DNA of 64,000 nucleotides, from assembly GCF_001194135.2 (NCBI RefSeq), contig NC_068990.1:4359314-4423313 (forward strand), written 5' to 3'. Of the stretch, positions 53,190 to 64,000 are shown in pieces. The position numbers and the translations under genes are program-made. The notes beneath the pieces were generated by a model, which saw nothing but the letters and a program-made list of their open reading frames with translations, searched no databases and had not been told where the DNA came from. Position 1 is the first letter of the stretch. The number at the start of each line of letters is the position of its first letter. The DNA is from Octopus bimaculoides (taxonomy: Eukaryota).

Positions 53190-53580
53190 GTGGATGGAAC
53201 TTGTGGAAGAAGGAGACCCAAGATGACATGGGACAAAGTGTTGAAAGCCAATCTCAAGACACTGAGCTTTATGAAGGAAATGAAAAAGGAGCAAAATATC
53301 TGATGCCTTGCCATACTCAAGAAAACCTGTCTGTTCTAGCAGAATTTTTACCAGTGCTGGTGCCACATGAAAAGCATTTATACTGGTGCCATCTTAAAAC
53401 CAGCCAGTACACTCAATGGAGTGGTTGGCATTAGGAAGTGCATCCAGCCGTAGAAACTATGCCAGAACAGACAATGGAGCCTGGTGCGGCCCCTGGCCTT
53501 ACCAGCTCTGGTCAAACCATTTAACCCATGTCAGCATGGAAAACGGATGTTAAATGATGATTATGATGATGATGATGATG
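53190..53580 (+). mobile_element. 5'-truncated RTE 3' end with UTR and (GAT)n
   Basis: aagtggatggaacttgtggaagaaggagacccaagatgacatggg (VDGTCGRRRPKMTW), then the UTR, then gttaaatgatgattatgatgatgat. Confidence 0.8.
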
Positions 53581-54389
53581 ATATACATATACATATATAT
53601 ACACATGCACAAAAGTAGTACATGACTGTTTCAATGTGAATAAACTATGTAAAAGATATTGATCAGGAACTGTATTTTCAGGATTTGTGTTTTGTGTATC
53701 TTCTGTTTTTATCCTGAATTCTGCAGAAAACATTTTGAAATAATAAGATAAAAATGCTAAAAAAGTCAATTGTAAGGTGGAGTCTTGGGAACAGAAGCAA
53801 TCTTAGTTTGACTTGCAGTTCCTTATAATAAAATTTGATTTTATACCACTAAATTTCTAATTGACTTTTTTTAATTTCACATAAACTAAACTTTTTCATT
53901 CAGTTGTAACAACTAGATAATATCAGATTCCACCAAATGTCTTATAGGGATTCCATTGAGATAAATGTCATTCATTATAAAATGTCATCAGACAAAAACA
54001 CCATGAAACAACAAACGACAAACCATGTTTACTCTTTAAATGTAAATCTATCGTGCACTGCTGCATTTTACCATAGCTCTAAATTGCAACAACAGGCATA
54101 TTCTTAAATCGAGATAAAAACTGAGAAAGAAAGCAAGATAAATACTAACCCAGTGTTTATAGTTTGAACAAAGTTCAGTTATCTTCTTAAATTCCTTGTA
54201 TTTATCTCATGTGTAAATTTAAACCTGAGAAACAATGGCTTAGGAACTATACTTTCAAAGAATAAATTAATAAAAATTAAAACTGAGAGATAAAAGAATT
54301 TGATTTTGTTAGATAGAACAGGTCTAACTCTCCAAGTGAAGATTAGAAAGTACAATGCTTTTGTATGAACGAAATTTTGTTTGGTTGTG

Positions 54390-54780
54390 AAACATGGGTG
54401 CTAAGTGCAAAGAATATGCATAGGCTGAGAAGAAATGCAGAAAACATATTCCTCTGGATATGTAATGTCAGTATGTTTGAGGATGGAGAAGAGATGAGTG
54501 AAAATTGGTAAAGGAAGAATCATACTGTGGTGTGTAGAAGTGAAGACTGCATTGGTAGGATCATGTATTACATAAGAAAGATGAAAGTTTAGTAAAGCTG
54601 TGCCAAACAGTTCATAAAGAGGGAGTCTGAGGAGGACCTCGGAAGAGGTAGCTTAGTTCAGTCTTAAGAAACTGGACCTCATAAACATTACCTTGTACAG
54701 TAACAAGTGATGAGATGCTGTGGTAGAAAAAGACATGTTCAATCCATGCCAACATGGAAAAACTAATGTGATGTAATGTA
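54390..54780 (+). mobile_element. Degraded RTE 3' fragment
   Basis: CETWVLSAKNMHRLRRN remnant, followed by ccatgccaacatggaaaa. Confidence 0.6.
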
Positions 54781-54789
54781 ATAATGGCT

Positions 54790-55200
54790 TCAAGTTTTTG
54801 GGGAAGGTATATTAACCCCAGGATTCAACTGGTACTTACTCTATTGACCCCAAAAGGACGAAAAGCAAAGTTGACCTCAGCAGCATTTGAACGCAGAATG
54901 TAAAGACAGATGGAATGCCGCCAAGCATTCTGCCTGGCACAGTAATGATTCTGCCAGATTGTCGCCTTATAGGTGTAATGTAACAATCCTTTCTACTAAA
55001 GGCACAAGGTCTAAAATTTTGGGGGAGGAGACTAGTCAATTACATCAACCCCAGTGTTTCACTGGTACTTAATATATTAATCTTAAAAGGATGAAAGGCA
55101 AAGTTGATCTTGGCAGAACTTGTACTCAGAACATAGAGATAAGTGAAATATTGCTAAGCATTTCGCCTAGTGTGTTAACAATTCTGCCAGCTCATCGCCT
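54790..55200 (-). mobile_element. Two tandem tRNA-derived SINE copies
   Basis: Both end ...ctgccag(a/c)t...cgccttat on the plus strand and carry the aaaggcaaagttgac core. Confidence 0.8.
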
Positions 55201-55492
55201 TATAGATCTAATGTAATAGTGATGTTGAAGATCCATTATAATCCTAATTTTATAATGTTTTCTATAATTTTGATTGCCAAATCCAAGATTACCTGATGCT
55301 CTCATATTCTGTTTTTTAGACATTAACATATATTCATTCTCTCCATAGTAAATAATTAAGTATCCTTTTTATTTATTGCCACTGTGTACAATGTAAACAA
55401 AACTATCATTGATGTTTCCTTAAATATATCTTCAAATATTGTCCAGAACATTCTGTAAATCTGAAGATGTAGTGTAACAATAATTGTAGACT

Positions 55493-55652
55493 AACTGCCT
55501 GTATATGTAATATCTATGTATAAGATATTAACACCAAGTATTGCTTTTATTCTCCTTCCAGATCTTCATAAACTGCCTGTATATGTAATATCTATGTATA
55601 AGATATTAACACCAAGTATTGCTTTTATTCTCCTTCCAGATCTTCATAAACT
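55493..55652 (+). repeat. Perfect 78-bp tandem duplication with aact microhomology
   Basis: Copies at 55493-55570 and 55571-55648, with aact again at 55649. Confidence 0.97.
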
Positions 55653-56579
55653 AATGTTTTATACAGTTGCAATTTTCTTATCAAATCATTATACAAGTTT
55701 TAAAAAATATTGGTGACAAATTGTATATCAAACTAAAAACATTGATTTTTACTGAAAACTAAATAAACTTTTATACAGCAATTCAACAAAAACTAACCAA
55801 CTGCAACAACACAGATTGATGATAGCATCAAAATATTTGATCATTGTCTGTGAAGCCAAATTAGAAACTTAGTTTAAATATGCACAAATGTGTATATATT
55901 TGCATAATTGAATTAGAGACTAATTGACAAAGAATGGCTATATATATAACTATCCATGAGAAAAGAAATTTTTGAGACTTCTTAATTAGACAGGACTGAA
56001 CAATTAATTATTTCTTTAAAAGCAAATTCATTCAGCTAATCCCCAAACAACTGTAATATATGAGTTGTAACTCACCAGAGGTATTCACCTGTTTAATTCT
56101 GATATAAAAGAAAATTGGATAAAATAAATTGAGTGACTTTTTTTTCAATTCAGAAATATATTTTACTGACTACAGCTCTAATTAAATTTTCAAGGGAACA
56201 AAAATGTTTTCTAAAACCTTCAGGTAATTTTCAGCAAAATACAATTCAATTTCAAGAGAACATTGTCAGTTAATTCAATTAAGAAATACAAACTATGCAA
56301 ACTGTATTAAGGAATTTTTCAATTAATTCCCTGCAAACGGCTGCAGACATAAACACACACACACACACAGAGGCACATGCATGCACACACATTTGCTAAT
56401 GATTGTTTTTATGTAAAATTATATATAAAAACAGTTGAACACTATCTTGAAGGATCACTCAATATATTTCTGTAGACTACTATATTATTATAGTTTTACA
56501 AGGTAGAGGTTGACAGTGACTTCAAAGTTTCAAGTTATTAGCTGTTGTCAGACTGTAAATTAGTTTTGTTTTCCAAGCA

Positions 56580-56830
56580 TTACATACCTTCTGGAGAAAA
56601 GGAGTCATCTAGTGGATAGAACAATTGGTCTGCAAAGTAGGTATGTTGCAAAAGAATTTGTAGGGAGAAAAACAGAGTGGCAGATAGAGAAGGAGAGGAG
56701 GAAAGCAACCGTCTATAAGGTGAGAGTAGGAAGGAATGTATGGTCAAAACATTTCCTGGGTGGGCAGAGGTGTGTTGAAAATGGTTTGACGGCAACAAGT
56801 ATGTTGGTTGCATTAAATGTAAGAAATTAG
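56580..56830 (-). mobile_element. Degraded L2/CR1-type LINE 3' end
   Basis: Resembles 57880-58290 in the opposite orientation; motifs are poorly preserved. Confidence 0.4.
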
Positions 56831-56984
56831 AATTTGTTTACATGTTACTCTAAGGGGTCATTCAAACATGTATGTAAAAGTGGGTGCTAAAAGTTAGACC
56901 TGTATAGGGGCGAAAGTGTGATACCTAGGTCACAACCAGAGGTTGGTGTTGAAACTTTGTTGAATGTTATCAGAATCTCTTTAA

Positions 56985-57192
56985 CCCTTCAGCATTCAGA
57001 TTATTTTGTCAAATGTAATGCTCATTAATCCACATTGCTTTGAATTAATCACGTATTATATCATAACTTTGAGATTTCACTTATGTGATTATTCATTCTT
57101 AGGATGACATTGTAAGATAGGTGTGAGAGGCTGGATCTGGCTGGTTTGAACATAAAGCAGACAGAATATTTGGACCAGATATGGCTAAAGAG
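56985..57192 (+). mobile_element. piggyBac-type MITE (right end degenerate)
   Basis: TTAA|cccttcagcattcag..., colinear with 12637-12856. Confidence 0.75.
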
Positions 57193-57457
57193 TTTAATTA
57201 TATTTAGTGCAAGGGTTTAGTCGCTTATTGTTAGGGTTCCTTTAAGTATTTATAGATATCACATGTTAAATTTCAAACAAGTATAAATCAAAAAGGGATC
57301 AAATTCAGTGATCTTGGTTAAAAGATGTCTCTACAACAAAAGCTTACAACTTGCTTTGTTGACCTAGATGAATATTGTTATTTGCTATTAATTCCATTAA
57401 TATGTGTATATATGCCTGTTGTGTATAAGTGCGCATATGTCTACATCTCTCTTTGTT

Positions 57458-57514
<57 letters not shown>

Positions 57515-57879
57515 TATACTTCTGTCAGATACTAATGGAGAAAATATATGTTAAGATCTGTTAAGAACACCCATCCCCATCTACAACACCAATTGAAGAC
57601 ATACAGAATTAATTACTGACAAAATATCAAAAGCTGTGCAGCTCATAACACTTGACTTAATGGGTAAAGGTATCTAATGTTGAAGTTATTAACTTCTTAT
57701 GAATGCATTCTATACTTTGTTGAAGACTTGTTGTGCGTGGGATTCTAATGACATTTTTTATGACAGTTGCATTCAGTTACGATGGGAGAAATATACTTTC
57801 AGGAAGAGTTGTTCCCCTTGCGCTATTAAAATTTCGTTTTGAACGGAAACTAGACTAAAATTTAAAATCCCACCCTACA

Positions 57880-58290
57880 CATCTTTCACCCTTTCCAGCT
57901 GTTCAAGTGGGGCCCGCAGTAGAGTGCTACTCTCAATTCTGGAACAATGCTACACACACTGATTTCTTGGATAGCTGTCAAAGAAGGATCACTCAGCTGA
58001 TTGGTACTTCATCACACTCCAGCTTCTATGCCGTTAGACGTGATGTTTCCTATCTCTGTCTTTTCTGTTGCTAGTAATAACGATCTCTGCTCTTTCACAC
58101 TGGCAGGTCTCATACCTCCACTATCCAGGAAACCAGTTCCTTCTTGTCCCTCCACTTCTCATCACTCTTGGTGTGTCCATTGCTCCTTTATTCTTCATTA
58201 AACATAAAACTCAAACTTTCAGCCCCAGGACATTGGCCCTCTGGAATCTCCTCCCAAGCTCATGTCTTTTCTTCAGTTAGATTTGAATGA
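57880..58290 (+). mobile_element. L2/CR1-type LINE 3' fragment
   Basis: Remnants of AVRRDVS.L, LAGLIPPLSRKP and FSPRTLALWNLLP. Confidence 0.65.
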
Positions 58291-59379
58291 TTATTGCTCC
58301 CTATTCTGGTAGAGAGAAACCCAGAGTATTATGCCCTGACAGTAATTTCATTCTACCAACACCAAAAGCACCACTTCAGTTGCTGCTGCCAGCACCACCA
58401 CCACCGGCAACAAGACTAATGATCTTATATATATATATATACTTATTTGGATTTTGGGGTCTTAACTGCTATTTTAAACCTGGTGGAGTTCAATTCTCTC
58501 CAGGTCTGAATACATTGAAGCAGAGACACTTTAACTCATATCAAAAGACGTTCAAACAAATGCTACACATCATTCTGTTTGATGGTCAGATGATTCTGCC
58601 AGTTCAACATCACACACACACACACACACACATTAATGTAAGAATTGAACAGCATATAAAAATATTTTACATATGCAAATATTATCTGATGTAGAAATCA
58701 ATACGTTGGGTTGAGTGAATAGATATGTTTATTATTTTATTATATTAAAATTTGACAGTTTACACTAAGTTTTGTCTGAGCAACCCAGCCATAGATATGT
58801 ATATGCATGTGTAATTAAGCTGTATAAAATAAAAGAAAAACTATACGTAAAGATAGTTACCAGTAAATACAAAAATAAATGTAACAAAGGATAATTTTTC
58901 ACCAAACTGGAAACTATTCCAAAGCCTTCGAGGTACATTTAAACATTTTTTTCAGCTAAATTCAATTAGTTTTTATGCCTTCTCAGATTAATTCAACACA
59001 AATGATGTAGAACATTGTAACCAATTAAATTTGCTCTAAATAATTGGTAAGAGCTGCGCTAAGCTATAGTTTTAAATAGTTATAATTAACTCCTGCTGAC
59101 AGTCATAAACTTACACACACACACAGACACACACACATTTATATATATATATATTGAATGTCCAGATAATTATATTGTAGTAAACAGCTAGTAGAACATT
59201 AATTGAGTACCAAACTAATTCATTTCAAGCCACATCCTGGAGACTGGCAGGTAATCATGCTGTTTAGCTAGGATACAAAATAGAAAGTGAATTATATTTC
59301 CCAAAATTCATTTTAATCCAAACTTTTCAATGTACATTCAAGAACTTGTGACAAGTATTTCAGCTCATGTGTGTGTGTG

Positions 59380-60134
59380 AATATATACACACATTGATTG
59401 ATTATAATGTCAGTGATTCAAAATTTAATTGAATCAACAGACAAGATTTAAGTTTTTTATGAATGTCTATTTTCAAACTTCTGAACATTCTGGTCCAAGA
59501 ACTGTTGTTAATGTAAAGCAATGGAATTGCAACCATCAAGAAACATTTTGTTCGGTTTTTGCGTCCATTCTCATTCAGTGGCTGTCCTAGACTCATTGGC
59601 TGTTGCCAGTTATGTATTGTAAACCTTGTCTTTTAAGTATTTCCATAAAACACTTCCAAAAATTTGTGTTGAAAACTGCATCATTTATACATTTTATCAA
59701 GTACCACTTGCAAAGAACTTCACTTTTTGGTCTGCATCATCTCCATTGGGAGTATAAACTATTATTGAAATGTAACTTTTCCGCTACCAGCACTTCAGGA
59801 TGTGATGAATGCATGCTTTTGAAATTCCTATCTGACAATTCACTTGCTGCACAGACTTCTTTGAACTCTGGCAATACATTTCGAGAATGCTTTCCTGCTT
59901 TTTGAGTTTCATTGATGTTTGCAGTCTTCCAGAACATTTCTTGTGGACGATCTGAACAGCTCTGTCAGCTTCAAAGTTATCTTTACTTTGAGTGATGGTA
60001 AGTTGCATAAGTGGATATGTTTAAAATTCCCTCCTAAACTGTTTTTGCACTTCGAGTTTTCAAACTTCCAGTAACATTTTCAGATAAATTTTCTTTGTTC
60101 AAAGCTTAGTCTAGTTCTCTTCATTGTTTCTAAT

Positions 60135-60167
<33 letters not shown>

Positions 60168-60216
60168 AGCAAAGTAAGAGCCGTTAAGGTGTGTATACAT
60201 TGTTTGGGACACCGTG
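59380..60216 (-). mobile_element. Tc1/mariner-superfamily element (rosa/DD41D-like N- and C-termini) lacking the catalytic core
   Basis: TA|cacggtgtcccaaacaatgtatacac terminus; MKRTRLSFEQRKFI.KCYWKF N-terminus; YLKDKVY...QFLDQNVQKFENRH C-terminus. The two halves are joined near 59660. Confidence 0.75.
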
Positions 60217-60292
60217 TATATATATATTTTTTTCGTAGTTTCAGCTTAGAACTGTGGTCATGCTGGAGCATTGCCATTTTACTACACTATTT

Positions 60293-60655
60293 TTACTGAG
60301 AGCCTCCTCTAATATGTGGTACTTGGTGAAGAACGGAGTTTGATGTAGCTACCCTCATTTGCACCTCTTGCCAGGAGGTAGGTTCATCTGGGACTCTCGG
60401 CAGGAAGAGGTCCAGCCTCGATTTGAAAACGCCTACATTCTCTTTGTGCAGGTTCCTCAGGCTCTTTGGGAGAATATTAAAAAGCTGTAGGCCCCTGAAA
60501 CCCAGGCTGTTGCAGTAACTGGTCCTGAAGCGCAATGACATTGCTGGGATCTTTGGCACTGCGCAGCGGTGACCCGTTTTGGCATTGGTGTAGCTTTCAA
60601 TGCCAAAATTTGGCACAATTCCTTCCAGGATCTTCCAGTTGATTCCTTCCAGAGG
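60293..60655 (-). mobile_element. CR1-type LINE ORF2 C-terminus, 5'-truncated, frame still open
   Basis: WKILEGIVPNFGI...NSLGFRGLQLFNILPKSLRNL...FKSRLDLFLPRVPDEP. Confidence 0.8.
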
Positions 60656-60714
60656 AGAGAGAAAGAAAGAAAAAGAGAGAGAGAGAGAGTTAGAGAGAGA
60701 GAGAGAGAGAGAGA

Positions 60715-60918
60715 NNNNNNNNNNNNNNNNNNNNNNNNNNNNNNNNNNNNNNNNNNNNNNNNNNNNNNNNNNNNNNNNNNNNNNNNNNNNNNNNNNNNNN
60801 NNNNNNNNNNNNNNNNNNNNNNNNNNNNNNNNNNNNNNNNNNNNNNNNNNNNNNNNNNNNNNNNNNNNNNNNNNNNNNNNNNNNNNNNNNNNNNNNNNNN
60901 NNNNNNNNNNNNNNNNNN
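60715..60918. other. Assembly gap (204 N)
   Basis: N run between (GA)n and (TA)n. Confidence 1.
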
Positions 60919-60972
<54 letters not shown>

Positions 60973-62307
60973 TCACCTAAGTATATATTCATGGTGCAGT
61001 AAAGTTATATAAGTAGAATAACCCTTTTTAATCCATATTTTCTCAAATAAACACCACAACAAATAAGATAATTAAACAACTAGATAAGATTGTTGAACAA
61101 TATACACTAATGAGATAATTCTATGCTCAACTTCAATATCCAGAATAGTTTAAATAAATTCCAAGTGACAAGTAATTCCATTAAAACAGAAAAAATATTA
61201 TAAAGCAATTCCTTATAAAATGGAAAAAATATGAATTCAAGAAATGACAAAAATATAATATTTGTTTATACTGAAGTCACTAACAAATATCTGTATATGA
61301 ATGGAGACTGTGAATGTCCACACAGGCAATAAATATCTATGGTAAAACCCTAACTCAAGAGCATTTAGAGAGAAGCGCCACATGAAACACTACAAAAAGA
61401 AATCTATGGAATAAAAGTAAACATGTGATCAAAAATTTGTAAAATAGGATGTATCAAACATTACACCTAATCACAAACAAATATGAACAATATAAAAACC
61501 AGAATCAAAAACCTCTGCAACAATATGCAACAGGTCTGCATGCTGCTAAATAAACTTCAGATGACCATTGTTATCTAAAGATTTGTATGCAGACATAAAA
61601 GTTCTGAACTTCACAACTCCAACAGTTATACTGGTCATATGAAGTATTATTCTTTCTTGTCAGCTCCCCATGCATTTACAACAAGGAGCCATGGCAACAC
61701 AGCACAATATAAAACAAAACTAGACAAGAAAATATTGACAAATATACAAACTTCCCAAACAAACCAAGTTCACTCCCTGGTGTCTGAGAAAAAAAAACTG
61801 AAACCCTGTGGCAAGCACGTTAACACAGCGATCCCCGTGATTCCTTCAGAATACAAAACGGCAGAAAGAAACACAACTGAAAACTTGAAAACAAAACAAT
61901 TTCATCCAGAAGATGTGACATCATGTGTGAGGAGATATTAAAGTTCGAGACAAATCGAGAAAAAAAAATTTCAATGAAATACTGCGTTTTTCATGATATG
62001 TATTTATGTGAAAAGATGTTCCCTATGGATGTATAAGAGTGTGTGCATGCGCGCGCACGCGCGTGTGTATGTGTGCGTGCGTGAAGGTTTGTATGCATGA
62101 ACGTATGTGTGTGTGCATGTATGTATGAATGGATAGATAAAAATGCATATGTATACATACATATGTATATATGTATGCAGGTTTGGTACTACAGACAATA
62201 TAAATTCAAAATATGTGCATAGATTACTTTGTAATATCTGATTAAAAATAATACATACATACATATGCATACACACACACATACACATGTATATATACAT
62301 GCAACAC

Positions 62308-62344
<37 letters not shown>

Positions 62345-62446
62345 TAAATAGATATATATATTATAATATATGATTAAAAATAATACAGACAGACAGACAC
62401 ACACACACACACACACACATCCATCCATCCATCCATCCATACATAC

Positions 62447-62830
62447 ATCATCATCATCATCATCGTTTAACGTCCGCTTTCCATGCTAGCATGGGTTGGA
62501 CGATTTGACTGAGGACTGGTGAAACCGGATGGCAACACCAGGCTCCAGTCTGATTTGGCAGAGTTTCTACAGCTGGATGCCCTTCCTAACGCCAACCACT
62601 CAGAGAGTGTAGTGGGTGCTTTTACGTGTCACCCGCACGAAAACGGCCACGCTCGAAATGGTGTCTTTTATGTGCCACCCGCACAAGCCAGTCCAGGGGC
62701 ACTGGCAACGATCTCGCTCGAAAATCCTACAGGAGCCAGTCAGGCGGTACTGGCAACGGCCACGCTCAAAATGGTGCATCTCATGTGCCACCCGCACAAG
62801 AACCAGTCCAGGGGCACTGGCAACGATCTT
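62447..62830 (-). mobile_element. Young RTE 3'-end-derived insertion with internal GC-rich tandem units
   Basis: (CAT)n then gtttaacgtccgctttccatgctagc. The ctggcaacggccacgctc...ccaggggcactggcaacgatct unit is repeated. Confidence 0.85.
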
Positions 62831-62869
62831 ACATACATAAGTTTAGTAGAATGCTCTGAGGTGATAGCA

Positions 62870-63780
62870 ACATTGATCATCAAAGCAGTCTATCATGGAC
62901 CAACAACCGGATTACTACCTCCCACTTTGAATGGTATGCGTTTGCAATCCAGGAACAGGAAATATCAACCAAATACCTGACACACAAAAGGGAAAGTGAT
63001 GCAAGAATAGCAGCAAAATGCGTCTACCGATGCAGACTTTGTGGAGTTAACATCAAAGATATCACCCACATCATAAGCAGTTGTCCGAAAATATCATCAC
63101 GGCATTACCTACCGATGAAACATGATGTTGTAGCTAGGATACAGTAAAATGAGATCTGTCAGAAGGATAACCTCAAGGACAAAAATAAAAAAAAGAACTC
63201 ACAGTACAGTGGAAGCCATAGCCACTCACAATAAAAAGGAGTACTGGTGGAATGTTCCAGTGAAAATCTCAGTAAAATGTAAACATAATAAACCTGACAT
63301 AAATGATTTAGGTTAGGATAAAGAAGAGAAACTGCGTACAGCTGCGGAAATCAGCTATCCAGCGGACGTTAAAGATCTGCAAAAAAGAAAATACCTACGC
63401 TGAACTATTGAGGAATTTGCAGTTATGCTATTCAGATTACAAGTTCAGGTTTATACCTGTAATTATTGGGGCACTGGGATATGTAGCACACTTCCAAAAT
63501 ACCTATCTTGGGAAATTAGGCTTCTCAAAACCAGAAAGGAGAAAGCTGATTCGAAGATTGCAGATCAAATCCATCACTGGAACTGTAAAAATCTGTAAAA
63601 CTTCTCAGAAGTTTATCATTTAAGTGTATATAAGCATGTCTAGATATGTAACTATATGCACGAGAATATATACATTGTTATTGATGTTGAAATTCCAATG
63701 AAGGAGCCTTGGCTCTAGGTTAGAAACCAGCTCTTTCTGTATTGACAAGAAATCTTGAAATAAAAGTGAACAATGACATA
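62870..63780 (+). mobile_element. RLE-type (R4/Dong/NeSL-like) non-LTR 3' fragment with CCHC knuckle and endonuclease remnants
   Basis: AFAIQEQEISTKYL...CRLCGVNIKDITHIISSCP...HDVVA...WWNVPV...HNKPD...FIPVIIGALG, broken by stops and frameshifts. Confidence 0.8.
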
Positions 63781-63859
63781 CATACATGCATTCATACATA
63801 CATACATACATACAGGCAGACAAACAGACAGGCAAGTAGATAAATACATAGATAAATGG

Positions 63860-63955
63860 ATAGACAGACAGACAGACAGATGGATGGATGGATGGATGGA
63901 TGGATGGATGGATGGATGGATGGATGGATGGATGGATGGATGGATGGATGGATAC
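63860..63955. repeat. (GACA)n-(GGAT)n tetranucleotide microsatellite
   Basis: Direct reading. Confidence 0.95.
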
Positions 63956-64000
63956 ACAGATAGACAACTAAATGTGTGTGTGTGTATATATATATATATA

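Noticed and set aside
27341-55652. CRISPR-like arrays (26-, 17- and 78-bp repeats)
   Set aside because: The units abut with no spacers, and the DNA is eukaryotic.
58885-58935. Minus-strand LVKNYPL as the exon preceding GATI
   Set aside because: There is no GT donor after the PL codons, and the upstream residues do not fit the MPP sequence.

Overview
AT-rich, repeat-dense animal genomic DNA with four N-gaps. The SINE, RTE and MITE families look like those I recall from Octopus genomes (inference, not database-checked). Only one protein-coding exon is convincing: an 82-bp minus-strand exon (23603-23684) encoding GATIQKNEKKQSLEIARILRGGAADRS(G), part of the PDZ domain of a MAGUK p55-family gene (MPP7-like). 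The rest appears to be very long intron filled with microsatellites, tRNA-derived SINEs, RTE, CR1/L2 and RLE-type LINE fragments, three Tc1/mariner elements and piggyBac-type MITEs. I found no rRNA, true tRNA or CRISPR. The most unusual element is a head-to-head pair (7027-7509) of a short repeat joining a tRNA-like Pol III head to a minimal, Penelope-type hammerhead ribozyme motif. Other leads: a 132-bp hairpin, a locally duplicated coding-like block, tandemly amplified antisense splice sites, microexon-like segments, a CTCF-like site, and an N-gap that may hide the next PDZ exon. Most transposon boundaries are approximate; the PDZ exon, the TIR-defined ends and the tandem-repeat coordinates were counted exactly.
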